From contig CAZORS010000001.1 in NCBI GenBank assembly GCA_964582025.1, forward strand, positions 14,398 to 78,397: 64,000 nucleotides of DNA. Direction: 5' to 3'. This stretch comes from an uncultured Pirellulaceae bacterium. Its GTDB lineage: Bacteria > Planctomycetota > Planctomycetia > Pirellulales > Pirellulaceae. Positions 18,670 through 28,945 of the stretch are shown piece by piece. The position numbers and the translations under genes were made by a program. How positions within the stretch are numbered: the stretch's first letter is position 1; each line of letters opens with the position of its first letter. Under the pieces are notes generated by a model that searched no databases, was not told the DNA's origin, and saw only the letters and a program-made list of their open reading frames with translations.

Positions 18670-20987
18670 TGATTGATTCTATGATCCGGCTTTTGGGCAA
18701 CGCAGCGAAGCACGCAGCCAGTGAAGTCGCACCGGCCGCAATCCTGTGGGCGGATCCAAAAGGTGAATGGATGCCGGTCATCCCCATGTTGCGGGAGCGA
18801 TTGCCGCATCTTGTCACTTATGGTGAATACGACCTTGAAACACTTACGGGGCCAGCCATTTGGTTGAAGTGTGTTGTCGAACGGACGCTATCTGATGTCC
18901 AGATTCCAACTGAACAGGTGCCGATCATTTATATGCCGAATGTCAGCCGACAAAGTCTACGAGCTGGCAACGATTGTCCGGTCGAACTTCAACCGCTGGT
19001 AGAGTTGTTGTACCGGGGGACGGTCTGGACTCAGAAAAGCGGCCGTGATTGGACGGTTGAGGCGATTCTCGTTTCGTCAGATGCGATGGGTTTGGATCTC
19101 GCTCGCGACAACGTGACCAAGATATCCATGATGGCGGCGCTTTCGGTATTGGCGACAACTCCGATCGAGCGATTGGACGGTAAGCACTTGGAAGCCGAAG
19201 ACTTTGACAAGTTGATGATCGGTGACACACCGCACGACTTGTTAAGGTGGATGAGCTCGCCAGAAAAGTTCACCGAAGAAATGCAGATATCTGGGAAGTG
19301 GGTTTCATTTTCCAGTGCCTGCAACAACGAGTACAAATTCGATCCAGAGTCAGACGGAGTGATCGTTGCGGGCGAACGATTGGGGCTCAGGGTCAATGCT
19401 TCCTGGGAGCAATTGTGGGAGCGGTTTAAGCTGTCGCCGACAAACTACCCCGGCCTGCCGGACTTGCTCATCAGATGTAAGCCAAAGGGGCAACTTGCCT
19501 ATGACAAAGAAACCTGGCCGACCGAGAACACGAATGAAGAAGACAGGCTTCGTGATTCGTTGACTGCGTTGGCGGATGCTGAGCCGAACATGGCTCGCGA
19601 GAAGATCAATACACTCGAAGCGGATCATGGTGTGCGAAGAAGCTGGGTGTGGGCCAAGCTTGGCCAGTCGCAACTTGCTTACGCTCTCGAGTCGCTAGTC
19701 TTGGTTGCCAATCGCACCAATTCCTATCTAGGTGGTGATTCGGCCGAGGACATGGGTCGGCTTTATTCTGAGTCGGGCTTCCTTGTGGATGATGCCGCGA
19801 TACGAGTATTGGCTTCCGTTAAATCTGCCGCTGATCGGAAAGCGGTTCATGGTGCGTTGCGTTCTATTTACCTGCCTTGGATCGAGCACTCTGCAAAACG
19901 TTTACAAGAGCTATCCAAGGCCACCCGTCTACCTGTCCATACGGATCAGGAGACGATTGAAGCCAAGATGGGCCAAGTTGTTATGTTTGCCGATGGCCTG
20001 CGATATGACGTTGCCCAACGATTAGCACTAACGCTGGAGGAGCGAAACTTTCGCTGTACTCAAAAGAATCGCTGGGCGGCATTACCGTCGGTTACTGCGA
20101 CCGCAAAGCCTGCGGTGGCTCCTGTGGCTCAGCAGTTTGAAGGCGTGGGATTGCCCAACACCTTTGTGCCCAAGATTAAAGCGACAGATCAAGACACCAC
20201 GTTCCCACGATTTCAAAAACTACTGAAGGATGCGGGATATCAGATCATCGCGTCCGGAGAGCTGGGCGATCCCGGAGCAAAGTCAGCAAAGGGCTGGTGT
20301 GAAGCTGGCCAAATCGACAAACGCGGACATGAACTGCAAGTTGAGCTGGCTGGAATTATTGAGGATCAAGTAGAGCTACTGGCTGATCGAATCGCCGAAC
20401 TCATTGGAGCTGGCTGGCGTAGCGTTCGAGTTATCACCGATCACGGTTGGTTGTTGATGCCCGGCAACTTGCCGAAAACTGATTTGCCCCACTACCTTGC
20501 AAACTCCAAGTGGTCGCGGTGTGCAACGATAAAGGGTGACTCACAAGTCTCCGTACCGAAGGCTGTTTGGCATTGGAATACAGACGAAGAGTTTGCCCTT
20601 GCACCAGGGGTAAGTTGTTTCGCCAAAGGCAACGCCTACGCTCACGGAGGTGTCAGTTTGCAGGAGTGTTTAATTGCCGATATGTCGGTCGAGCCAGCGA
20701 ACACTCCAGTCCGTAGTGATGTTGAGATTAAAGAAGTGAAGTGGGCGAACCTGAAATGTCGAGTCTCTGTCGAGCCAGTCGACCCGGCGTGGTCGGTAGA
20801 TATCAGAACAAAGCCCGGTGCGTCCGACTCATCGGTCGTGACATCGGCAAAGCAGATGGACACAAGCGGTACGGTCGCGCTGTTCGTCGATGATGATGAT
20901 TTGCTCGAGAGCGTCGCCGTCGTCGTTGTATGCGATGCGTCCGGAACCGTGATTACAAAACAGAACACCACCATTGGTGAGAATTAG
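18666..20987 (+). CDS. pglZ: BREX alkaline-phosphatase-like PglZ (type B-like)
   Basis: FADGLRYDV, LPSVTATAK, ITDHG, HGGVSLQE. Confidence 0.9.
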   Translation: MMIDSMIRLLGNAAKHAASEVAPAAILWADPKGEWMPVIPMLRERLPHLVTYGEYDLETLTGPAIWLKCVVERTLSDVQIPTEQVPIIYMPNVSRQSLRAGNDCPVELQPLVELLYRGTVWTQKSGRDWTVEAILVSSDAMGLDLARDNVTKISMMAALSVLATTPIERLDGKHLEAEDFDKLMIGDTPHDLLRWMSSPEKFTEEMQISGKWVSFSSACNNEYKFDPESDGVIVAGERLGLRVNASWEQLWERFKLSPTNYPGLPDLLIRCKPKGQLAYDKETWPTENTNEEDRLRDSLTALADAEPNMAREKINTLEADHGVRRSWVWAKLGQSQLAYALESLVLVANRTNSYLGGDSAEDMGRLYSESGFLVDDAAIRVLASVKSAADRKAVHGALRSIYLPWIEHSAKRLQELSKATRLPVHTDQETIEAKMGQVVMFADGLRYDVAQRLALTLEERNFRCTQKNRWAALPSVTATAKPAVAPVAQQFEGVGLPNTFVPKIKATDQDTTFPRFQKLLKDAGYQIIASGELGDPGAKSAKGWCEAGQIDKRGHELQVELAGIIEDQVELLADRIAELIGAGWRSVRVITDHGWLLMPGNLPKTDLPHYLANSKWSRCATIKGDSQVSVPKAVWHWNTDEEFALAPGVSCFAKGNAYAHGGVSLQECLIADMSVEPANTPVRSDVEIKEVKWANLKCRVSVEPVDPAWSVDIRTKPGASDSSVVTSAKQMDTSGTVALFVDDDDLLESVAVVVVCDASGTVITKQNTTIGEN

Positions 20988-20995
20988 AGGTAAAC

Positions 20996-23056
20996 ATGTC
21001 AACTACTTTAGTAATGGATGAGTTGGACAACTTGGCCGCCACGGTTTTTGATGGCTACCTGGTTCGCAAAGATCTCGTCCGCAAATACTCGCGGCAGTAC
21101 CCAGTACCAACTTACGTCGTCGAATTCTTGCTGGGGCGTTATTGCGCGACAGTGGATGAAGATGAAATTGCAGAGGGCTTGAAAATTGTTGAGAAACAAC
21201 TTCAAGATCGGACTGTCCGCACAGGGCAGGAAGAAGTCTTCATCAAGAAGGCGCGTGACAAAGGTGCGGTAAAGCTGATCGACATCGTGAAGGCGAAGCT
21301 CGACACCAAGGCAGACTGCTACTACGCGGAGATTCCCAGCCTCGGCATCAAGGATGCTTTGATCGCTGACTCGCTGGTCGATGATCACGAACGCATGTTG
21401 ACAGACGGATTCTACGCGGAGGTCAATCTTGAGTATGACGCGGTAGTCGCTCAGGAGAAGAACGGCCGGCCATTCCGAATTGCGTCACTTCGTCCGATCC
21501 AACTATCTAAGTCCGACATCTTGAGCGTCCTCTGCGAAGGGCGAAGTAGGTTCACTACTGAGCAGTGGATCGATTTTCTGGTGCGTTCTATCGGCCTTGA
21601 ACCAACGGAGCTCGACGAACGGGCAATCAATGTGGTGCTCCTAAGAATACTGCCCTTTGTTGAACGCAATTTCAATCTCGTTGAACTTGGGCCGCGTGGA
21701 ACAGGCAAGAGTCACCTGTTCCAACAAATCTCGCCCTACTCGCATTTGATCTCCGGCGGCAAGGCAACGGTCGCAAAGATGTTTGTGAACAACTCGAATG
21801 GACAGCGCGGCTTGGTTTGCCAGTACGACGTTGTTTGTTTCGATGAAGTCTCTGGTGTGTCGTTTGATCAGAAAGACGGCGTTAACATCATGAAGGGGTA
21901 CATGGCCTCCGGTGAGTTCAGTCGCGGCAAGGAGAGCATCCGGGCCGAGGGCGGCATCGTCATGGTTGGGAACTTTGATGTTGATGTTGAACAGCAGCAA
22001 CGGATCGGCCATCTGCTTTCACCGTTGCCACCTGAGATGCGTGATGACACAGCGTTCCACGACCGCATCCATGTATTTGCTCCGGGTTGGGATTTTCCGA
22101 AGCTAAATCCAAATCAGCATCTAACCAACCACTTTGGACTCGTAAGTGACTTCCTAAGTGAGTGCTGGACGCACCTGCGAACAATGAGCCGCGTATCGAC
22201 GTTGCAGAATCGAGTGTTCTTTGGCGGAGCGCTGAGTGGTCGTGATATCGAGGCCGTGAACAAGTCGCTGAGTGGATTGCTGAAGCTTATCTTCCCGGAT
22301 CCCAATATGGAGATTTCGGATGAAGACTTGGAGCGGCTAATCCGAATTGCGTTGGAGTCTCGTCGCCGGGTAAAGGAGCAACAGAAGAAGTGTCTCAAGA
22401 GCGAGTTCCGGAACACGCACTTCAGCTTTACGATGGGCGTGGATGGTATTGAGCAGTTTGTTGCAACGCCGGAGCTCCATAGCGATTCAGCTATAGACGG
22501 CGACCCGCTTCCACCGGGACAGATATGGGCAATCAGTCCAGGGGCGCAGGACGTTGGGGCAGGACTCTATCGAATCGAAGCGACGTCCGGCCCAGGAAGC
22601 GGCGTGAAGATCCTCAACACACCGACCCCTCCTGGCTTTCGGGAGAGTGTGAAAATTGGTGAGCAAAACCTATACACTCAAAGTAAGCTGTTGGTCGGTG
22701 ATCGTGAGCCGCGATCGAACGAATACTCGATTCAGATGCGCGCCATGGATACGGATCGCACCGGAATTGGTGTTGGACTTCCCGTATTGATCGCGTTGGC
22801 CAGTTCGTTGGTTGAGCGCAGCACCAAAGGCGGTCTGATCATCGTCGGTTCATTGAACCTTGGAGGTTCGGTCGAGATGATCCCCAACGCAGTCGCGATC
22901 GCCGAGATCGCAGTCGAGAAGCAGGCAAACACGTTGCTGATGCCAGTATCAGCCCGCCGGCAATTGAACGACCTCCCCGATGATCTTTGGACAAAGATCA
23001 ATATCGAGTTTTACAAAGACGCTCAGGACGCGTTTTTCAAAGCGATCATGGATTGA
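20996..23056 (+). CDS. brxL: BREX Lon-like / MCM-like ATPase BrxL
   Basis: VPTYVVEFLLGRYC, ELGPRGTGKSH, VCFDEV, MKGYMASGEFSRG; C-terminal Lon-like fold. Confidence 0.92.
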   Translation: MSTTLVMDELDNLAATVFDGYLVRKDLVRKYSRQYPVPTYVVEFLLGRYCATVDEDEIAEGLKIVEKQLQDRTVRTGQEEVFIKKARDKGAVKLIDIVKAKLDTKADCYYAEIPSLGIKDALIADSLVDDHERMLTDGFYAEVNLEYDAVVAQEKNGRPFRIASLRPIQLSKSDILSVLCEGRSRFTTEQWIDFLVRSIGLEPTELDERAINVVLLRILPFVERNFNLVELGPRGTGKSHLFQQISPYSHLISGGKATVAKMFVNNSNGQRGLVCQYDVVCFDEVSGVSFDQKDGVNIMKGYMASGEFSRGKESIRAEGGIVMVGNFDVDVEQQQRIGHLLSPLPPEMRDDTAFHDRIHVFAPGWDFPKLNPNQHLTNHFGLVSDFLSECWTHLRTMSRVSTLQNRVFFGGALSGRDIEAVNKSLSGLLKLIFPDPNMEISDEDLERLIRIALESRRRVKEQQKKCLKSEFRNTHFSFTMGVDGIEQFVATPELHSDSAIDGDPLPPGQIWAISPGAQDVGAGLYRIEATSGPGSGVKILNTPTPPGFRESVKIGEQNLYTQSKLLVGDREPRSNEYSIQMRAMDTDRTGIGVGLPVLIALASSLVERSTKGGLIIVGSLNLGGSVEMIPNAVAIAEIAVEKQANTLLMPVSARRQLNDLPDDLWTKINIEFYKDAQDAFFKAIMD

Positions 23057-23113
23057 TAGCGACCACAACAACATCCGAGATCACGAACCAGCCTACTTCG
23101 ATAATGCACCGCC

Positions 23114-25378
23114 ATGGATTTGACCACTACCGACGGCATCAAACAGTTTTACGATGAAGTATTCGTCCCGAAGAAGGAACGCCTTGCTGAATGGAAGAGC
23201 GGTTACCTGGAGCTTGTTAAAGAAGTGGCGGATGCAACTCCAGAGCAAATTGCCGAAGAGGCAATGCAGTTGAAGCTTTGGGAAGACCAATCTATATCTG
23301 GGTCGGGGATGTGCTCGATCGGCATGTCAGACTTCGCGACCAATAAGGGCAGCGTTGAGTACATTGGTGAATTTGCATCCAGTGAACTGCCCGAGGATAA
23401 AGAAACAAGGTTGGCGGAGATCGAGTCAATTTACGACTCACTTGTGCAAAAAGTCAGAGCGGAGAAGACACGTTTACCAAAGCTGAAAATCCTTCGACTT
23501 CTCGCAGCTGTTTTTCCCTTCGACATGACTTGCATCGTCAGTGCATGGAAAGTTAAGAACACTTTGAAGGCGATGGGTGTTTCAATTCCGAAGAAACCTT
23601 CTCCAGCTCGACTGAATCGCATGCTGTTGGATCGAATTGTCGAAGCGATTGGGCCAAGCGACGATCTAAATGACGCAGTAACCCACTCGATATTTGCCTG
23701 GGAACTGTACGTACACCTCGTTCAATCGCAGGAAGAAGACGGAGATGGCGGCGGAGAACTTGAAACTCCAGTTGGTGACAGAGTTCTCACGTTCTTACCT
23801 CAACAGTCACGGCGGAAAGGATTGACCGCGATAAGTGACTACATCAATACAGCAATCAAGATTGTGGACTATGCAAGAAATGGCGTCACTCTCGATGAGC
23901 TTGCAGACTTTTATAAGCAAGAATCACCGGGACTGAAGTCGTCCTCAGTGTCGACGCAGTTGAGCCAGTTCAGGCACGCACTGGGCTTGTTGAAAAGAAT
24001 CAACAATGTACTGACGCCCAGTCAATTGGGAGAAGAACTTTTAGAGTCCCAGGATCCCAATACTTTAGTGGAGCGTCTTCTGACGCACGTGGTAGGTTTT
24101 GACGTAATCCTGTACGAACTCAATTTGCACGGATCGTTAAAAAAATCAGATCTCTATACCGCACTAAAGGGCCACTATCCAAAATGGACAACGGACTACG
24201 CACCTAGCGCGTTGTTGTCATGGTCGGATGCACTTGAACTGGTGACTTCAGACAAGAAGCAAAATGTAACGCTCACTGAATCGGGGAAGGCCTGGGCCGC
24301 ATTGATCCCTGATAAGCCAGAGCCTTTGACGCCACAAGGAGATGGAGATGGCGACAAGCCGAATGAGCCTTTTGCCCCTCCGACTCTTGAATCAGTGATC
24401 GAGTACATCGCTTCAAAAGGCTTCGTGTTTGAGCCAAGCTTAGTTGCAAAGTTCCACACAGCTCTGCACATGCACGCAAGTAAACACTTCGTGCTGCTTT
24501 CGGGCCTCAGTGGAACAGGAAAGACGAAGCTCGCCGAACTTTACGCGCACGCCTACCATGGAGTCAACGATGGAGAGATTAACGACTACTACTTGTCCAT
24601 CCCCGTACAGCCTGACTGGATGGACGCAACGGGCTTGATCGGGTACGTCAATCCACTTCAACAGGAAACGACTTACGAGACAACTTCCTTTTTGCAATTT
24701 CTTCACCAGGCTCTCGAACAACCAGATCGCCCTCACTTTGTCTGCCTTGATGAAATGAACTTGGCCAGGGTTGAATACTATTTCGCTCCTTTCTTGTCGG
24801 CCATGGAAACCGGCGGCTCGATCGTTATCCACCAGCAGGATGAGCCCATCGACGCAGTCGAGCCGAAACTAGACTGGCCTGCGAACTTGTTCATCATTGG
24901 CACCGTCAACATGGATGAAACGACGCACGCGTTCAGCGACAAGGTTCTCGACCGTGCGTTCACGCTGGAGTTTTGGGATGTGCAACTCGACAGCTACCTT
25001 GATAGTTTTGCGAAACGGCATTCTGAAGTGGATCAATCTTCTGTTGCGAGTGCCTTTGAAGCGATTGAGAAGTTACATGAGATCTTGAAACCCGTGCAGC
25101 TACATTTTGGCTATCGAGTGATCGACGAAATACTGCTTTTCGTAGCAAAGGCTAAAGCAGACGCAGCGGACTTTTTTGCTGAGAGCGAGGCCTTGGATTG
25201 TGCAGTCCAGATGAAAATCCTGCCTAAGCTGAGAGGCGAAGATACTCCGGCAATGAGAACCTGTTTTGATCAACTGACTTCAACGCTTGGAGAAATGGAT
25301 CTCAAAGAATCTGCAGCGAAGTGCAAGGATATGAACGAGACTTTGATTGCAGTCGGTGCGACCCAGTACTGGCGGTAG
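23114..25378 (+). CDS. McrB-family AAA+ GTPase with long N-terminal recognition region
   Basis: LSGLSGTGKT, VQPDW, CLDEMNLARVEYYFA, GTVNMDETT..FSDKVLDRA, QMKILPKLRG. Confidence 0.88.
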   Translation: MDLTTTDGIKQFYDEVFVPKKERLAEWKSGYLELVKEVADATPEQIAEEAMQLKLWEDQSISGSGMCSIGMSDFATNKGSVEYIGEFASSELPEDKETRLAEIESIYDSLVQKVRAEKTRLPKLKILRLLAAVFPFDMTCIVSAWKVKNTLKAMGVSIPKKPSPARLNRMLLDRIVEAIGPSDDLNDAVTHSIFAWELYVHLVQSQEEDGDGGGELETPVGDRVLTFLPQQSRRKGLTAISDYINTAIKIVDYARNGVTLDELADFYKQESPGLKSSSVSTQLSQFRHALGLLKRINNVLTPSQLGEELLESQDPNTLVERLLTHVVGFDVILYELNLHGSLKKSDLYTALKGHYPKWTTDYAPSALLSWSDALELVTSDKKQNVTLTESGKAWAALIPDKPEPLTPQGDGDGDKPNEPFAPPTLESVIEYIASKGFVFEPSLVAKFHTALHMHASKHFVLLSGLSGTGKTKLAELYAHAYHGVNDGEINDYYLSIPVQPDWMDATGLIGYVNPLQQETTYETTSFLQFLHQALEQPDRPHFVCLDEMNLARVEYYFAPFLSAMETGGSIVIHQQDEPIDAVEPKLDWPANLFIIGTVNMDETTHAFSDKVLDRAFTLEFWDVQLDSYLDSFAKRHSEVDQSSVASAFEAIEKLHEILKPVQLHFGYRVIDEILLFVAKAKADAADFFAESEALDCAVQMKILPKLRGEDTPAMRTCFDQLTSTLGEMDLKESAAKCKDMNETLIAVGATQYWR

Positions 25379-25381
25379 CTC

Positions 25382-26980
25382 ATGAACCTTCTTCACAATT
25401 TCAGAATTGAGCAAGAGCTTGTGCATGGGCAACCGATTCCAATTTGGGAATCAGGCACTTCGCACGAAATTCGACTGGGTGAGGGCAGGCACTACCGGCT
25501 TACAGCAAGTTCATCGGAACCTGAACTGGCACTCTTTGTCGGAGATGAAAAGATCGCCCCGAGCCGCGTTCATCAATCCACAGATTCAACGGTCAAAGTT
25601 TGGAACTACTCGCCAGAGTTTTTCGCTGGTGAAGTCGAAATCAAACTTGTGGACGAAGACAGCATCGTATTTTCTTGCCATGCTGATGTATCGCCAGATT
25701 CCATGAAGCTGGGTAGGACGCACTACTACGAACTGCTTGAAGATCTTGAGTCACGAGCTTCTTCGTGTTTATACGGGGGCCGGGCAGGTGGATTGCGAAC
25801 TCAGCGTGGTGGCGAGAAGTATCCGCCGATTGCGTTTCTATCACAGTTGTCCAGCCAGATCGACAAACTCACAAAGTCATTCGCTGCTATCGTCAAAGTA
25901 CCCCACAGGAATTTGGTTTCGATCAGACACGAAGCCAAGATCCATCAAGTTCGTCAAATAGATGCGGCAACCGTTAGGAGCGTGGCACGACGTCCAACAC
26001 TGGTTGCGGCGATTAGAGGTGTCGTGGGAGCTCGACAACAAGACAAAGTAAATGTGCCTCGTCGCCAACACACTTTTGATACAGCTCCCAATCGAATCGC
26101 CCTCGGATATATCAACGCCTTGAGTCGCCAATGCGAAAGCCTCCGTGATGCGCTGATCGCCGATGAAGATTTAGAAACTCTTGAGGAGACGCAAAAAGGA
26201 AGGTGGTTAGAACGCCTGTCATCGCTCCAGTCGCGAGTCGACAAGTTTTCTCAAGTGCCATTCTTTGATGGGCTGAAGCCGCGATCTGAAGACGGCGGAG
26301 CCTACATCGCCGTAGCCAGGCATCCTGAGTACAACAGGTTCTGCCGGATTGCGAGACAAATCCTGAATCCTGTCACGATGCTTGCTGTCGACTCCGAGCA
26401 GTTGATGACGCTCAAGCCTTCCTATCAACTCTATGAGTATTGGACATTCTTCGCCGTTGTAGATGAAATTCAGAAGATGGACTTGGGCCTGACCTGGACG
26501 GCTGATTTCAACCTTGCGGAAGGCAGTCTCTTTCATTCGTTGAGAAGCAAATCCAAGTTCGTCGGTGTCAGCGAAGACTTGACGGTCAAAGTTATCTTCC
26601 AGGCAAACTTTTCAGGTGGCAGTCCCTATTCCATTACAAGAGCTTGTAAACCAGACATTGTCGTCGAAATCCTACATGCCTCTTGGGCTCGGCCTAAACG
26701 AATAGTATTGGATGCAAAGTACCGGTCGGCTCAGGGCTCAATCCAAAGCGGTATTGACGATATGCACGTCTATCGGGACTCAGTTCGTTACAGTCGAGAT
26801 GAGCCCGCTATCGAATCAGCCTATATACTCACGCCTATTGAACTGGACGGCAAAATCTACGATCCTGAATTCCAGCGCGAGCACGGCATTGGCGCCGTTT
26901 GCCTGTCGCCTGGCAATACGGTGAAGATGAAAGCTTTGCTCAAGCAGATTTTTAGCTTCCGCGAAGCAATTCAAAAGTAA
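25382..26980 (+). CDS. McrC-like DUF2357 / PD-(D/E)XK nuclease
   Basis: TFDTAPNR, LYEYW, KPDI...VLDAKYR, MHVYRD; 3 nt downstream of the McrB-like gene. Confidence 0.82.
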   Translation: MNLLHNFRIEQELVHGQPIPIWESGTSHEIRLGEGRHYRLTASSSEPELALFVGDEKIAPSRVHQSTDSTVKVWNYSPEFFAGEVEIKLVDEDSIVFSCHADVSPDSMKLGRTHYYELLEDLESRASSCLYGGRAGGLRTQRGGEKYPPIAFLSQLSSQIDKLTKSFAAIVKVPHRNLVSIRHEAKIHQVRQIDAATVRSVARRPTLVAAIRGVVGARQQDKVNVPRRQHTFDTAPNRIALGYINALSRQCESLRDALIADEDLETLEETQKGRWLERLSSLQSRVDKFSQVPFFDGLKPRSEDGGAYIAVARHPEYNRFCRIARQILNPVTMLAVDSEQLMTLKPSYQLYEYWTFFAVVDEIQKMDLGLTWTADFNLAEGSLFHSLRSKSKFVGVSEDLTVKVIFQANFSGGSPYSITRACKPDIVVEILHASWARPKRIVLDAKYRSAQGSIQSGIDDMHVYRDSVRYSRDEPAIESAYILTPIELDGKIYDPEFQREHGIGAVCLSPGNTVKMKALLKQIFSFREAIQK

Positions 26981-28200
26981 TGACTCAAAACAAGAACGTT
27001 TCGACCAATTCGCCTGATGACCACTACTCAGGTCTCGTGGGTAATGTCGTGGACTTGCTGAAGGAAGCCAGGCAGAATTCCGTTCGTGCCGTCAACTCGA
27101 TCATGACGGCGACGTACTGGGAGATCGGGCGACGGATTGTCGAATTTGAACAAGGCGGGGAAGAGCGTGCTGAATACGGGAAGGGGCTGCTGAAGCAACT
27201 TTCCAAAGATCTGACTGGTCAATGCGGCAAAGGTTTTTCGCGGGCTAACCTTGAGTACATGAGGAAGTTTTATCTGCTTTGGCCAACTCCGCTGTCCGGA
27301 AGACTCGTTGGAAAATCCCAGACACCGTCTGGCATTTCTGAATCCCCAAAATCCCAGACACTGTCTGGGAAATCTGAAAACACCGAAGAAACAAGGCATT
27401 CAGCTGAATCGGAAGGTCAAGCGGCGAGCCAGTCATTGAGCGCATTGGCCACTGCATTTCCGCTCCCTTGGTCGCACTATGTCCGACTCTTAAAGGTCGA
27501 CAACAAGGATGCCCGCGAATTCTATGAATCGGAAGCCCTCCGGGGAGGATGGTCGGTACGGCAATTGGATCGCCAGGTTGGCAGTCTGTTCTATGAGCGG
27601 ACGGCGATGTCGACCAACAAAGAAAAGATGCTGACCGAGGGTGCCGAACCGAGAGAGGGTGAAGTTCTCGCCCCCGAGCAGCAGCTCAAGGATCCACTTG
27701 TTCTCGAATTCTTGGGTCTGAAGGATGAATACTCCGAGTCAGACTTGGAAGAAGCCATCATTCTGAAGCTGGAGGAATTCCTTCTTGAGTTAGGAAGTGA
27801 CTTCGCCTTTGTAGGCCGCCAAAAGAGGTTACGGATCGGCGACCACTGGTTCCGGGTTGATTTGCTTTTCTTCCACCGTCGACTCAGATGTCTTGTCGTG
27901 ATCGACTTGAAGATCGGTGAATTTTCCCATGCGGATGCCGGGCAAATGCACATGTACCTGAACTACGCCGCCGAACACTGGACAAACGAAGACGAAAATC
28001 CGCCTGTTGGAATCATCTTATGTGCGAAGAAGGATGATGCAGTTGCACACTACTCGCTCGATGGCTTGCCGAATCAGGTGATGGCCAGCGAATACCGACT
28101 TGCGCTACCGGATGAGAAAGTTCTGGTCGAAGAACTCAAGCGAGCACAGCAGGCAGTTGAGAATAGAAGTGACATGCTGGATGGCGAATCCAAGCAATGA
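26980..28200 (+). CDS. YhcG/DUF1016 PD-(D/E)XK nuclease-domain protein
   Basis: YWEIGRRIVE, LPWSHY, WSVRQLDRQ, KDPLVLEFL, DLLFFHRRLRCLVVIDLK, GQMHMYL; TAATG overlap with the previous gene. Confidence 0.92.
   Translation: MTQNKNVSTNSPDDHYSGLVGNVVDLLKEARQNSVRAVNSIMTATYWEIGRRIVEFEQGGEERAEYGKGLLKQLSKDLTGQCGKGFSRANLEYMRKFYLLWPTPLSGRLVGKSQTPSGISESPKSQTLSGKSENTEETRHSAESEGQAASQSLSALATAFPLPWSHYVRLLKVDNKDAREFYESEALRGGWSVRQLDRQVGSLFYERTAMSTNKEKMLTEGAEPREGEVLAPEQQLKDPLVLEFLGLKDEYSESDLEEAIILKLEEFLLELGSDFAFVGRQKRLRIGDHWFRVDLLFFHRRLRCLVVIDLKIGEFSHADAGQMHMYLNYAAEHWTNEDENPPVGIILCAKKDDAVAHYSLDGLPNQVMASEYRLALPDEKVLVEELKRAQQAVENRSDMLDGESKQ
27312..27378. repeat. 36-bp-period tandem repeat with internal palindromes inside the DUF1016 gene
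   Basis: aaaatcccagacaccgtctggcatttctgaa / aaaatcccagacactgtctgggaaatctgaa. Confidence 0.8.
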
Positions 28201-28945
28201 CCATGGGCACATAGCGAGACGACGACGGAATATCTTAAATTCCAGAATTTAGAACGTGGGCGCGTCTCCACTACCCTTCGATGCGTCTTTGCCAGGACGT
28301 TTAAGAATGTCTCTGAATGGGTCAATTGAGTTTGCGTAGTTGTTTGCCCAATCAAGAAACTTTCGATTTTCTTCCAATCCCTCAGAACTTAGCTCGCGCT
28401 CATCAATCAAGCCTCGTGCGTGCTCAACAAACTCGATGATTCGCTTGGAACGCGTCCAATTGTTCACGAGCCGATCGAGATAGTCGATACGCTCCTGTTC
28501 CTCCGCAGCAACACGTTCTACCTCCTGCAGCTCCTTTCTCTTTTCAGCTTCAAGTCGCCGTCGGGAAATTTCGTCCGCTTGACGTCTTCTTTGCGCTTGA
28601 ACCATTTGGTAAATTTCAATCAGAACTTCATTCATTCGATCCTCGAGGACATCCGTTTTTCGATCAGCAAGCTTTACTTTGTTGAAACCTGTGTCTTTTT
28701 CGCCGATCTCCAATTCAAAGCTGCCAGTTGGTTCATACCTAAAGACCGAGCTGTCGCCGGACTCGCGAATCTCGTCAACGGTTCTGGCAACTCGTTTGGA
28801 TTTTTCCATCAGACGGAGACAAACTCGCACGCCAAGCATGTCAGTTCGCGGGTAAAAGCGGCCAGTGATTCGCGGGTTAAAAGCGGCCACTGAAGGAGCG
28901 GTTTTGTTGGATTTCTCAAGCACGATAGTGCTGGAGGAAAACAGC

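Noticed and set aside
22500-23056. BrxL Lon-like domain lacking the GPSAG catalytic serine
   Set aside because: As far as I recall, degenerate Lon-like domains are common among BrxL proteins, so not considered novel
28839-28890. Repeated gcgggt(t)aaaagcggcca motifs
   Set aside because: Ordinary IS21 subterminal transposase-binding repeats
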